From positions 1-58,012 of the forward strand of contig JALAGF010002103.1 of NCBI GenBank assembly GCA_030167865.1: a DNA stretch of 58,012 nucleotides, given 5' to 3'. Of the stretch, positions 30,947 to 41,347 are shown piece after piece. Both the position numbers and the translations under genes were made by a program. How positions within the stretch are numbered: the stretch's first letter is position 1; the number at the start of each line of letters is the position of its first letter. The stretch comes from Craspedostauros australis (taxonomy: Eukaryota). Below the pieces are notes generated by a model. That model worked only from the letters and a program-made list of their open reading frames with translations, ran no database searches and was not told the origin of the DNA.

Positions 30947-33454
30947 ATGCCATCATCATCAACTCCTTCGTCAGGCGGCAGCGAGCCAACCTTGATTCCG
31001 TTGCTGACTTCGGCTGCTCTGTTTGTTGCAACCGCGGTGCTGTGCCAGATTTCGAACAGGCACCAAGATGCTCAGGAAAGGGAACGACTGCAGCGCGAGA
31101 AAGATCAGGAGGAAGAGTACGGCAACATCAGAGATGTGAGGGCATGGTATCGGAATCGCAGGCAGGCAGGGCGGCTCTCGTACAGAGATGTCCGAGTCGC
31201 GTCCTTCGATGATGCCAATCGTCATGTCATGGAGAAGTTCCATCATCCGCAGCATATGGATCATCAAGATGGTTCGGCCAGTATTCATCATTCAGGCCTC
31301 CAGCAAGACAATCAGCAGGAGAATTCGGCTGATGCACCAAGGCATGCCATGCATGTCGAGACTGGCCAAGAACCACCTCGACAAAACCAAGCAGGTGCCA
31401 TGTTTGATCCGGACCGAATAATGACTGCAGATCCATCAACGGCAACAAGCGCTATCCACGTCAACCTCAACAGCCCTGTCACGCACGCTGGCGCTCCGCG
31501 CGGCGGTCGAAAGTCGTATGTTCCGGATGCCCACCCCAATGCCATTTACGACTTTCACCCAAAGAACAGAAATTGGAGACACTTTGAGCACTACAACGAA
31601 AGGGATCTCGCAGATGCCAAGACATCTCATATGATTGCAACCACAGCGCGGGCGGAAGGGATGGCGCAAGCCTCCGTTGGTGATGCTCACGCGAGGGCAA
31701 TCAACATGCACAATTCGACAGCCAACACTTCTGGTCTTCATGCGAACAATACCCGTGCTCATGGCTGCAGTCTCAATGTCACTGATGATGGCATTGATCC
31801 AGTGACTGATACCGACGTCTGTACCGACAACAACTTCAGCGACCATGAAGTCGAAATACATTCTGATGATTCGGAGCGCTCACAAGACGATCGGTCCCAA
31901 CTGACTGAAGATTCTTGCTCTTCGGAGGAGGAATTCGTATGGACCGACCACACCTACAAGAAGAGCAGCAGAAAGGACCAGCGAGGCAAGTCACTGAAAA
32001 CTGATGCGGCCCCGGTTCAAAGAGCTTCACGGTCGGGACAACAAAGTGCAGCGCCAATGGATACAATGATGGGCACAGCGAAGGATGCAAGACCACTTAA
32101 AGCTTCGCAATCGCCTTCACAACCACATTCACAACCACCTTCACAACTATCAAAGCGAGGATCATTGCAGCTGTCCAAGTCCAATCACCACAGCGAGTAT
32201 CGATCAACTCCAACTGCTAACGAGCCAAAGACGGAAACGCGCAAAGAGAAAGGAGCATCATGCGCCAAAAGCACAATCCATCCAAACGATGACGCCGATA
32301 TGGGAGAAGATTGTCCACCAGTACCACCAAGAATGCCTCTGTTCCCAAACGTTTCGATGCAGCTGCCCCCACCCCCGAAGCGCGATGGTAGAGCTCATCC
32401 TGACTTGTCGAAAATACCGCGACCAAATCCAAGACGAAGCCTCTCAACGCCCAACTTGCAAGAATCAACACCAGCCACGTTGGTGGAACGGCTCTGGCAG
32501 TTTAGAAGGGATGCGCAACATCACAGCAAGTCACTATCGGCACCTACCGCGAACCCGCCGCCACCAACGGAGGACGATGGTTTTGCCATGACAACGAATG
32601 ATCGTGTGAGAGCTCAGTACAATGCACGCATCATGCCGGAAAAGGTCGTGCTCGTCCGACACGGACAGTCCATGGGCAACATCAACGAAGCATTGTACGC
32701 GACCGTTCCTGATAACGCCATGCCGCTCACCGATCTGGGTTGGGAGCAGGCACGCAAGACCGGAGAGATTCTCAAGGCGCGCATCATCGCATCCGGGGAG
32801 ACGGTGCACTTCGTCGTGAGCCCATACGTGCGGACCGTGGAGACGTTCCATGGCATTGTCAGTGCTTGGTGCGATCCGAAGGAGTTTGCGCACATTCCGG
32901 ATCGTGCGAAGCGCGTCAAGGCGTGGTACCGCCGGTTGATGGAGATGGGATTGACGTGGAACGAGGATCCTCGGATCCGTGAGCAGGATTTTGGCAACTA
33001 TCAGGTGCCGGAGATCATCAAGAAGGCCAAGACCGACCGACATCGATTTGGCGTGTTCTACTACCGTTTCCAAAACGGCGAATCAGCTTCCGACGTCTTC
33101 GACAGAGTATCGACCTTCCTGGATTCGTTGTGGAGGAACTTCGACTCCAACCGCGCACGCAACTACGTGCTGGTCACGCACGGCATCTCGATCCGAGTGT
33201 TTCTGGCACGCTACTTCCGCTACACCATCGATCAGTTCAACATGCTCGCCAATCCGACAAACTGCGAGATGGTGGTGCTGGGACACAATGGTGAAGGTCA
33301 GCTGGATCTGGACGGCCGTTGCAACCTGGAGCTGGAAAAGGATGAGGAGACGAAGCAAACGAAGGTGGTGGGGCATCGATTCCATCACCGATTGCGCATC
33401 CTTCCGAAGGCCGCATTGAGGAAGACCAAGATTCGAATATCACCCGACGATTGA
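30947..33454 (+). CDS. Histidine phosphatase (phosphoglycerate mutase superfamily, Det1-like) with N-terminal TM helix and long disordered linker
   Basis: LVRHGQSMGN, LTDLGWEQA, VSPYVRT, DPRIREQDFGN, FYYRFQNGESASDVFDR, LVTHG, NCE. Confidence 0.92.
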   Translation: MPSSSTPSSGGSEPTLIPLLTSAALFVATAVLCQISNRHQDAQERERLQREKDQEEEYGNIRDVRAWYRNRRQAGRLSYRDVRVASFDDANRHVMEKFHHPQHMDHQDGSASIHHSGLQQDNQQENSADAPRHAMHVETGQEPPRQNQAGAMFDPDRIMTADPSTATSAIHVNLNSPVTHAGAPRGGRKSYVPDAHPNAIYDFHPKNRNWRHFEHYNERDLADAKTSHMIATTARAEGMAQASVGDAHARAINMHNSTANTSGLHANNTRAHGCSLNVTDDGIDPVTDTDVCTDNNFSDHEVEIHSDDSERSQDDRSQLTEDSCSSEEEFVWTDHTYKKSSRKDQRGKSLKTDAAPVQRASRSGQQSAAPMDTMMGTAKDARPLKASQSPSQPHSQPPSQLSKRGSLQLSKSNHHSEYRSTPTANEPKTETRKEKGASCAKSTIHPNDDADMGEDCPPVPPRMPLFPNVSMQLPPPPKRDGRAHPDLSKIPRPNPRRSLSTPNLQESTPATLVERLWQFRRDAQHHSKSLSAPTANPPPPTEDDGFAMTTNDRVRAQYNARIMPEKVVLVRHGQSMGNINEALYATVPDNAMPLTDLGWEQARKTGEILKARIIASGETVHFVVSPYVRTVETFHGIVSAWCDPKEFAHIPDRAKRVKAWYRRLMEMGLTWNEDPRIREQDFGNYQVPEIIKKAKTDRHRFGVFYYRFQNGESASDVFDRVSTFLDSLWRNFDSNRARNYVLVTHGISIRVFLARYFRYTIDQFNMLANPTNCEMVVLGHNGEGQLDLDGRCNLELEKDEETKQTKVVGHRFHHRLRILPKAALRKTKIRISPDD

Positions 33455-33928
33455 TGGCCGTTCTATGGTCATGGATGATACGGTAGCCTGGACTGCAAAT
33501 GTGCACAACAAATGTTAGTGCTGATTCAATGACATCCTATCTGCAACTGGAGAGCGTGTCCGTACGAGTAGTGTGAAAGATTGCAATCATGAAGCCTCGA
33601 ACCGAAAGTGTAATGACATACTAATGCAATGTCGTCTTACTCGTACTTCTGTTTGAGATTAATGCATGAACAGTGCAGCCCAAGTTGTTTGCGTTGTGTT
33701 ACGCTTCCTTGCCGTTGAATGGTTTGGCATGTCATGTCATGGCGTCGCGTAAATGATGCCACTTGTGGATACCGCATGGCTCAGATGAAAGCGTGGTCCC
33801 ATGCCAGTCCATCGACCAACGTCATGAAGCACACTAGCACAATAGTGAAATATCCATGCGATGCGATGCCATGTCACACCATGCCATCCACACATCTGCA
33901 GGCAGCTCTGTTGCTTGACGGGGCAAAT

Positions 33929-36900
33929 TCACTTTGCCCAGTCCAGCTCCTCTGCCTTCTTGTTGAACTCCTCCCACGCATCGGAGGTGATATCCCAAAG
34001 CATCTTGACCATGAACTGCTGTTCGGGATCCAAGTCTCTCGGCAACTTGTCGGGGTGCAGGAAGAAACGGATCTTTCGTACGGCCTTCTTCAACTTGGCC
34101 GTGTCCGGTCGGCCGGCTGCATCCAGCGTTTCCTGTGGCTGGATCGATTTCCACTTGGTGAAATAATCATGCGTTTTGACACCAAGTGCTGGAGGGAAGA
34201 CGTTGTGGATGCTTGAGACGAGCGCCTCGATGGGTCTCAGCATCTGCATCATGGGCGGTTGCAAGGCCCATTGAACGAGAATGTCATGCTTGATGCGGGT
34301 GATTGCGGCCTGCCCATTCTCGCCGTCACTTTGGTTTGCCATCTTGGCATATTTCTGACTTGCGGCAGAAGAGGTCGACTCCTGTCGCTGCTGCTGATTC
34401 CATTGCTGCTGTTGCGGTGGTGGAGGTGCTTGTTGTTGCTGTTGTTGCTGTTGCTGCTGTTGGGACTGCTGCCATTGCTGTTGCTGATTCCACTGCTGCT
34501 GCTGCTGCTGCTGTTGTTGCTGCCATTGTTGCTGCTGCTGGGACTGTTGCCATTGTTGTTGCTGATTCCATTGCTGTTGGCGTCGATAGGCTTCCTCCTG
34601 CTGGCGACGTTGCTCTGCCAAACGAGCTTCTTCAGCACGACGGCGTTGCTCATTTTCCTGCTGCTGCCGTTGCCACTCGGCTTGCTTCTGCTGCTGCTGC
34701 TGTTGTTGCCACTGTTGACGTCGCACTTGCTCCTCACGCAGCCTTCGCTGCTCAGCGGCTTGCTGCTCGGCAATCTTGCGTTGCCTCTCCTGCTCTTCGG
34801 CCTGCCTACGCAGCAGCTCCGCACGTCGACGCTGTTCTTCTTGTTTCTGTGCCTGGTCGTTCTGCTTCGCGCTGCTGGCGGCTGGCGCGCCCGTGGACGT
34901 TGGTGCCGCCGAAAAGGCCTGCTGACGATGCGCACCTGGAGGCGGCTCGAAGTACGTGCCGCGCGCTTCCACTTCGGCCGCTGCCTTTTCGAGCTCGCCA
35001 CGCTCCATGCCGGACGTGTTGACGCCGGCTCCATGGCAGATTGCACGCAGCTCCGAGATTTTGAGACGTCGCTTCGTCTGCTCCTCGCCCTGCGCCGCCT
35101 GTGGCTTCGCTGGTTGCGGTGGTGGAGGTGCCGACGGCACCGGATGCGAAGTTGCACCACCATTTTTCATGGATGCCTTATTGCTGTCGCCATCGGACGA
35201 TCGCGACGAGGTGGTTTTGAACGTGCTGTCCCAGTCGTCGGCGCCGATGGACCGACCCATCCCTCTCGTCGATAAATTGAACTGCGCCGCGTCTCGCGCG
35301 CTGCGAAGCGTGGCGACCCAGTTGCGAGCGTCGCTTTGCACCGGACAGCGGAAGACGAATTCCTCCGGCGAATTGAAGACCTTGATGGTGAAGCGGTTGT
35401 CGATGGAGTAATCCAAGAATGCCACATCGTGCAGAATTTTCATCGGGATCTGATGCAATGGTTCGAGCTCCTTGGCGCCCGTCACGGGGTGCGGCATCCC
35501 CTCGCGTTGGATCCACAAAGTCGTCTCCTCACCGAGCTTCCTGCCCTCCACGAGCGTGGCCAGGACCTCCTTCCACACAACCCGCATCTTGGAACGGCGA
35601 TGCTGCTCCACCCATCCTGTCGCGATGAGGGTGGAATCGGGATTTGCCGGTCGTCGGAATCCCTGCCTGCGCTGCATCTTTGGTTGGCTGTTGCTTGCCG
35701 TGGTGCCTGTGCCTGTATTGGTGGTCGCGCTTGTGTTTGTGGTGGCAGCGGTGGCTTGGCTGATGTTGCTGCTGCTGCCACCGCCATTCTGCTTCACACC
35801 TGCGGCAAAGGTTGGTGACGATGACGACGACAATGGCACGGTTGGCGGAGACAGCCCCCGACGCGTGATCGGAACTGTTGTTGTTCCACCATTTCTGTCA
35901 TTGTTTTCAGTCCCGTAAGCTGTGTCCCGATGACCTGTCCCGACTCCCGACATGTTTGATGGGGACCTTTCGTTGCCATCCCGCTTCATTTTGCAAGCGC
36001 AGCCCATGGTGAAGTGCTCCTCGCACCATTCTGCGGGTGGCCGGACTTTATCCGACTCTGTGCGACGACGGTTGGAGGCCTGTGCCTTGCCGACCAAGCC
36101 GGACGCTCCAGTCGCTTCCTCCAAGTCGGTCTTCGCCCTGGATGCATTCTTCCGCGACGTCGCCACAAAGGCGGGGTTGGCCAGATGAATTTTCGGTATC
36201 TTGATCTTGCCGAACATCGATGCGGCTGATGCCTTGAGGGATGCGTGATGGTGCTGGTTGTGTTGATGAAGGTGGCGCTGTGAAGATGAGGCCGCTTGTG
36301 GTGCGGCGGAATGTTTGGGCGGATGCTTTGGCTCTGGGTTGGCCTTTTTCGCGACAGGGTCGTAGAGAGATGCGGGCACACCCAGGAAGGCCTTCTTGAA
36401 CGATTGTGGCTTGGAGGGTGCATCGCCGTTTGCCTTTGGCAGGGCGCTATTTTGCGCCGATTCGTTGTTGGGCGACCCTGGTTTGGATGACGACGCGGAT
36501 GGAGAAGTAGTAGTTGATGTGGACATTGCCGCGGGTGCGGCTGAGGGTGCGACGTTGGTCGGTTCTTTGGAATTCGCCGCCGAGTTGGTCTCGTCATCGA
36601 GAGAGAGCGATGCCCGATCGATGCTCCTTTCCGATTCGGTCTGGGTGTCGACAACAGAGCCATCCGTCGGTGTGACGTAACCGGCAGTCTTCGCACCCTC
36701 CATCGGCTTGGGTCGTTTAGTGCTTGGTGCCGGCTTGACTTTTCGTTTGCTGTCGGACTTCTTCTTGGGAACCTTGGACTTGTAGAAGGCGCGGAAGTCT
36801 TGCAAGGCCTGGTACATGAGGGGATCGAATTCGTCGTTCTCCACAAAGTCCGCGCACTCGCGCAGCATCGCCGCAAGCGCCACAACATGGATTTGTGGTT

Positions 36901-37069
36901 TTTCCTTGCCCTTGTCCGAGGTCGCAGTGCCTGTCGAAGTCACGCGGATGGATGGTGCGGGCGGTGGCACCGGCGGCACATTCGATGGATCCGATGGCAG
37001 CGACGCGCGGTTGGGCGACATGGGTATCTCATCGTCTGGCTCGTCAGTCCTGGTCCTCATGGTGTCCAT
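33929..37069 (-). CDS. PH-domain plus auxilin-type J-domain protein with Q-rich linker
   Basis: PH-like IATGWVEQ..W...FVFRC...ARNWVATLR; C-terminal auxilin-like unit W..IEALVSSIHNVF..W..LKKAVRKIRFFLHPDKL..LWDITSDAWEEF. First in-frame ATG is 37069; the 5' end is uncertain. Confidence 0.85.
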   Translation of the reverse strand: MDTMRTRTDEPDDEIPMSPNRASLPSDPSNVPPVPPPAPSIRVTSTGTATSDKGKEKPQIHVVALAAMLRECADFVENDEFDPLMYQALQDFRAFYKSKVPKKKSDSKRKVKPAPSTKRPKPMEGAKTAGYVTPTDGSVVDTQTESERSIDRASLSLDDETNSAANSKEPTNVAPSAAPAAMSTSTTTSPSASSSKPGSPNNESAQNSALPKANGDAPSKPQSFKKAFLGVPASLYDPVAKKANPEPKHPPKHSAAPQAASSSQRHLHQHNQHHHASLKASAASMFGKIKIPKIHLANPAFVATSRKNASRAKTDLEEATGASGLVGKAQASNRRRTESDKVRPPAEWCEEHFTMGCACKMKRDGNERSPSNMSGVGTGHRDTAYGTENNDRNGGTTTVPITRRGLSPPTVPLSSSSSPTFAAGVKQNGGGSSSNISQATAATTNTSATTNTGTGTTASNSQPKMQRRQGFRRPANPDSTLIATGWVEQHRRSKMRVVWKEVLATLVEGRKLGEETTLWIQREGMPHPVTGAKELEPLHQIPMKILHDVAFLDYSIDNRFTIKVFNSPEEFVFRCPVQSDARNWVATLRSARDAAQFNLSTRGMGRSIGADDWDSTFKTTSSRSSDGDSNKASMKNGGATSHPVPSAPPPPQPAKPQAAQGEEQTKRRLKISELRAICHGAGVNTSGMERGELEKAAAEVEARGTYFEPPPGAHRQQAFSAAPTSTGAPAASSAKQNDQAQKQEEQRRRAELLRRQAEEQERQRKIAEQQAAEQRRLREEQVRRQQWQQQQQQQKQAEWQRQQQENEQRRRAEEARLAEQRRQQEEAYRRQQQWNQQQQWQQSQQQQQWQQQQQQQQQQWNQQQQWQQSQQQQQQQQQQQAPPPPQQQQWNQQQRQESTSSAASQKYAKMANQSDGENGQAAITRIKHDILVQWALQPPMMQMLRPIEALVSSIHNVFPPALGVKTHDYFTKWKSIQPQETLDAAGRPDTAKLKKAVRKIRFFLHPDKLPRDLDPEQQFMVKMLWDITSDAWEEFNKKAEELDWAK

Positions 37070-37385
37070 CCACAGGCCCCGCGCTTGCAGAACGCAATGT
37101 CTGGAACGAGTGTGGTGTTCTGTGGTGGTGTGCGAGTACCAATATCGAGGAGGTATCAAAGTGCTGATGCTTTGGAATGGCCCAGCCTATGAGTATGGTA
37201 TTGTTCTGGTTCTCGTGAATGTGCTCACTGCAGGAATGGCGGGATGCAAGTCTTGACCTTGTTGAGATATCCCTCTCCAACTGTCGCGATGCGCCTGCTG
37301 CTGCTGATGATGATTCCGTCCTGATGGATGGGGAGTCTTCTCTCCTGATCCGCCCTCTTGTCTCCTTGGCTTTCCACGCCTCTAT

Positions 37386-37452
37386 GCTTTGCTTTTCCTT
37401 GCTTCGTTGCTTGTTTTCTTGCTTGTTTGTTTGCTTGCTTGTTTGCTTTCTT
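37386..37452. repeat. Imperfect (TTGC/TTGT/TTTC)n low-complexity tract
   Basis: Direct observation. Confidence 0.7.
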
Positions 37453-38541
37453 GTTTGCTTTCTTGCTTTCTTGGTCTCAGGATGTGTTACAATGGCTCCA
37501 ATCTCTCTCCAGAGCGTCGGTATTCTGGTGTCCCTCGCTCTGCTCTGGCTCGCATCCAAAGGGGATGACCAGCTTCGTCAACGTTGTGTTGGATGAAGTG
37601 GGTAATGACGCAGCGGGGTTGATGGAATCACTGCAACTAACGAATGCTGCAGGAAGCGCTTCGGGTTGTGTGGTGTGGTGTGGTGAAGTGCAAAGAGGGC
37701 GGTGTGGGCGTTGTTTCGCCCAGAAGAGTGACCGTTGCTGCATTTGATGTGCGGTGTTTTGCATCCGTGTGTGTCTGTCGTGTTCGTCTGTGTTCGCAAG
37801 GATTTCTGGTTTACCACACGTGCGAACACGCCGCCGCTGTTCTTCCATTCCCGCTGTGTGTTTTGGCAAGACCAAACCGACATTTTCGACGGTTATTTTG
37901 CGAGTCACACTACTGTTCACGAATCAGCCATCACACACGATTGATACTCACGTCCCAAGAGTCTAGTTGAGTACCTTATTGAATCCCTCGAACAAAACGG
38001 GAGCGACATCAACGAAGCAGGGGTTGTGACAAAAGTCACACTTATAATTTCCCCGAATTGAAGCAAACACCCAGCTGTAAACCGTCAAATCACGATATTG
38101 GACATGTCTCTCCCCCTTTTTCAGAAGAACGTGACCGAGTCTTCTCGAGCGTGTCGTCGCACTGATGTTTTTGGATCGGCAGCCACAAGATCACTTTTCC
38201 ACCCAAACGTATCCGAACCCCAGCGAATTGGCACAACGACCACCACGATTGTGGCAACAACGAAGAAAAATCGCCCCAAACTGCCAACCAAGGGACCAAT
38301 CAATCACAACCGCAAAAACGAGCTCCTGGATGGCACGAGTGCCAGCATGAGGATCCTCCATGCGAATAGTTGTGCGGATACAGCCGGTGTCACGATCTCC
38401 GAAACCCTTCACAACACAGCATGCACAGAGCCACCTTGACATCACAATCATTGTCGGCATCGACAACAATCGGCAGATACCGAAACAGCATTCACACAAA
38501 CATCAACTCAGCAGACATCAAGGATCAAGCAACGATCGACA

Positions 38542-40822
38542 ATGAGATTCCACTTCACACTTCCTCTCTGCCTCTCGGCCGTCACCCCGGCTCTTGGATT
38601 CACCCCAAGATATCTTTCACGGGTACGTACCAGCATCATGCTATGGGACGCACCGAATGGAGTCACTGGACGAACGCATTCGAGCTTCGGGGTTCAATAG
38701 GCATCGGCGGCATGTGACTGAGCAAGGCACCATGGTCGAATGGGTTGGACAAGACACATTACCAGTGGCATCACCATTGTTGCCATCATCACATCCCTCT
38801 TGCTCACGTGCTGAGGAAGTCGCAAAAATCCCAAAGCACTGTGAGCTAATGACTGGAATGCAACGCAGTGTGACGACTGGCGTTGCCGTATTGTTTTGCC
38901 AATCAACCAAACGAGGCATCGACCCATCAATCCAAGTCCAATTCAAAGTGAACTTCCAAGTGAACTCCAAAGTGAAATCAAATCAATTTCTGACCTCTTT
39001 CCGCAATGACAACCGCCCGCTTAACTTCTCCATCTCATCATGTATGTTCTCCCTTTGCAATTTCCTCGACACGCAATGGTTGTGACCGAATGCTCCATCA
39101 TGTCGAACCATACCAATGCCCATGCCAATGTTGGAATGCTTCCACACACACTACAATACATCTCTCTCGCGAAATCCAACTGCCAATTCAACACGCAAAT
39201 GCAAACATAAACTGCGTCGTGGCTGCGATTCGAATGGGATAATGGATTCGGACATTCCTCAATGGACATCTCACACTTATCATATATGTGACGGGTATTT
39301 CTTCAATCAAATTCCACAATCTGCCCAACACAATCGCGCTCGACTCTGTGATCATCCGCTGGACGCTACGTCACGTTCTGACACGGGACATTACATGCCA
39401 TCATGTTCGTTGCTGCAATGCTACAATGCTGCACTTCACGCCAATTGACCAATACAGGCATCATCGGTCGCGCCACTCGGCATGGCCGCTGATGCGGCCC
39501 CATCAACTCTCAAAATCGGTCTGTTCGGAGGCGGCACAGTCGGAGGCGGAATCGTTGAGATCCTTGGCAAGAAGAAGGCGTACTTCGAGCAGATGACAGG
39601 CAAGTCGCTGGAGGTCAAGAAGATTTGCGTCAGCAACCTCGACAAGAAGCGAGATTTCGAAATCCCGGAGGGATGCTCCCTCACCACGTCTTACGACGAC
39701 CTTTTGGAAGATGACTCTCTCGACATGCTCGTGGAGGTCATGGGTGGCACCGACAAGGCCAAGGACGTCATTTACACCGCGCTCAAGAAGGGAAAGGACG
39801 TCGTCACTGCCAACAAGGCCCTCATCGCGGCCTGCCTCCCAGACATCGAGGCGCTGCTGACGGATGTCAACAAGGACAGCGAGGTACCGGTGGAGTTCCG
39901 TTATGAGGCGGCAGTTTGCGGTGGAATCCCCATCATCCGTTCCATGCAGAGCGACTTCGTGGGAGATGACATTACCATGCTCAGCGGCATCATCAATGGC
40001 TGCACCAACTTCATGCTCACCGCCATGGACAGGGATGGCAAATCCTACGACGAAGCCCTGGCAGAGGCAGCCGAGCTCGGATACGCCGAGGCCGACCCAA
40101 CCCTGGACGTTGGCGGCTTCGATGCCAGATCCAAGCTCAAGATCCTCATGAGGCTGGCATTCGGAGTTGAGGTTGGTGAGGAAAACATCGCGTGCAAGGG
40201 AATCACCGATCTCACCAAGCTGGACTTTGGCTACGCCAAGATGATGGGCGGAACAATCAAACTGATCGGCGTCGCGAAGACCGTGGGCGACAATAAGGTC
40301 GCCGCCTTCGTTTCCCCATGCTACGTCACCGCCGACGATGGCCTCTCATCGGTCAACGGTGCCACGAACGCCGTCGAAGTCGTCTCCAGCAACCTCGTCT
40401 CCTCCACCTTCATCGGGCAGGGAGCAGGACGATACCCAACCGCCAACAGCTGCGTCAATGACATCGTGTCGCTCGCCAAGGGCGACAGTACGTCCCTCCC
40501 ATTCAACCCACCCAACCCAGATATGGAATTCGTCGACGACTACGACTCGGTCTTCTACATCCGCCTGAAGTACAGCGACAAGCTCGGAATCACCCGCGAG
40601 TGTGGCGAGGTGTGCGAAAAGTACGGCGTCTCCATCCACTCCATCCTGCAAAACCCCGTCACCAGCCGAGATGACGCCGCCTTCGTCCTCATCACGGAGA
40701 AGGTGCCACTCGCCAGCGTCAAGGCCGTCACGGAAGAATTGGAGAGCCTGGAATGGTGCAATGGGCCACCGTTCTACATGCCTGTCTTGCGAGAAGACTG
40801 GTCGTCCTCCATGGTCTCGTAA
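38542..40822 (+). CDS. hom: Plastid-targeted monofunctional homoserine dehydrogenase with ACT domain; exons 38542-38622 and 39458-40822
   Basis: GGGTVGGG, VEVMGG, VVTANKA, YEAAVCGGIP, GIINGCTNFML, GYAEADPTLDVGGFD, GQGAGRYPTA, C-terminal ACT-like region. Exon 1 MRFHFTLPLCLSAVTPALG-FTPRYLSR splices in phase 0 via GTACGT (38623)..CAG (39457). Confidence 0.95.
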
Positions 40823-41347
40823 ACAGAAAGGCAAGAAGTAATAGTTATTATTTTGTTAACTCAACGATTATGTTCCGTGAAGCTCGAAGATTTGGCTGGT
40901 ACATATTCCTTGAGTAGGTCGCGCCATGCCAACCTTCACTGCTCTCTTCACCAATATCATAGCAATTGCCTATCGCTTGCTTGTGAGAAAGTGATGGCCC
41001 CCTCTGCTGTGGTTGGGCAAGTTTCCAACTCAAGTACATTCACGGGTGAAGTGAATGGTGGGATAATGTACTGTTCTGCTACGGAAAAACGATGATGTTG
41101 ATGAGGCGCACGTTCCACTATGGTATTCCTCGTACGTATCCCCCACTCGCTCCGATTGCAGCTTCGATACCAACATCTTCAGCTCGCACCACATTGTGTG
41201 TTGCACACACACACATAACACACACAACTGCACCCGACAAGCTATTGGTTCTCGCTTATTCAGCGTTTCTCCTCTCTAGAGTATCGTATTAAAGGATATA
41301 CTTGTAGTGCGGTTGGTATAATAGGATGTTGCAGCCATGCGCTTTGC

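Noticed and set aside
34259..35275. Poly-Leu ORF resembling a membrane protein
   Set aside because: It is the reverse complement of the poly-Gln tract.
38808..38860. CTGAG...ATCCC resembling a TPP riboswitch
   Set aside because: The 3' half of the aptamer (CCTGA..TAAT..GCG..GGGA) is absent.
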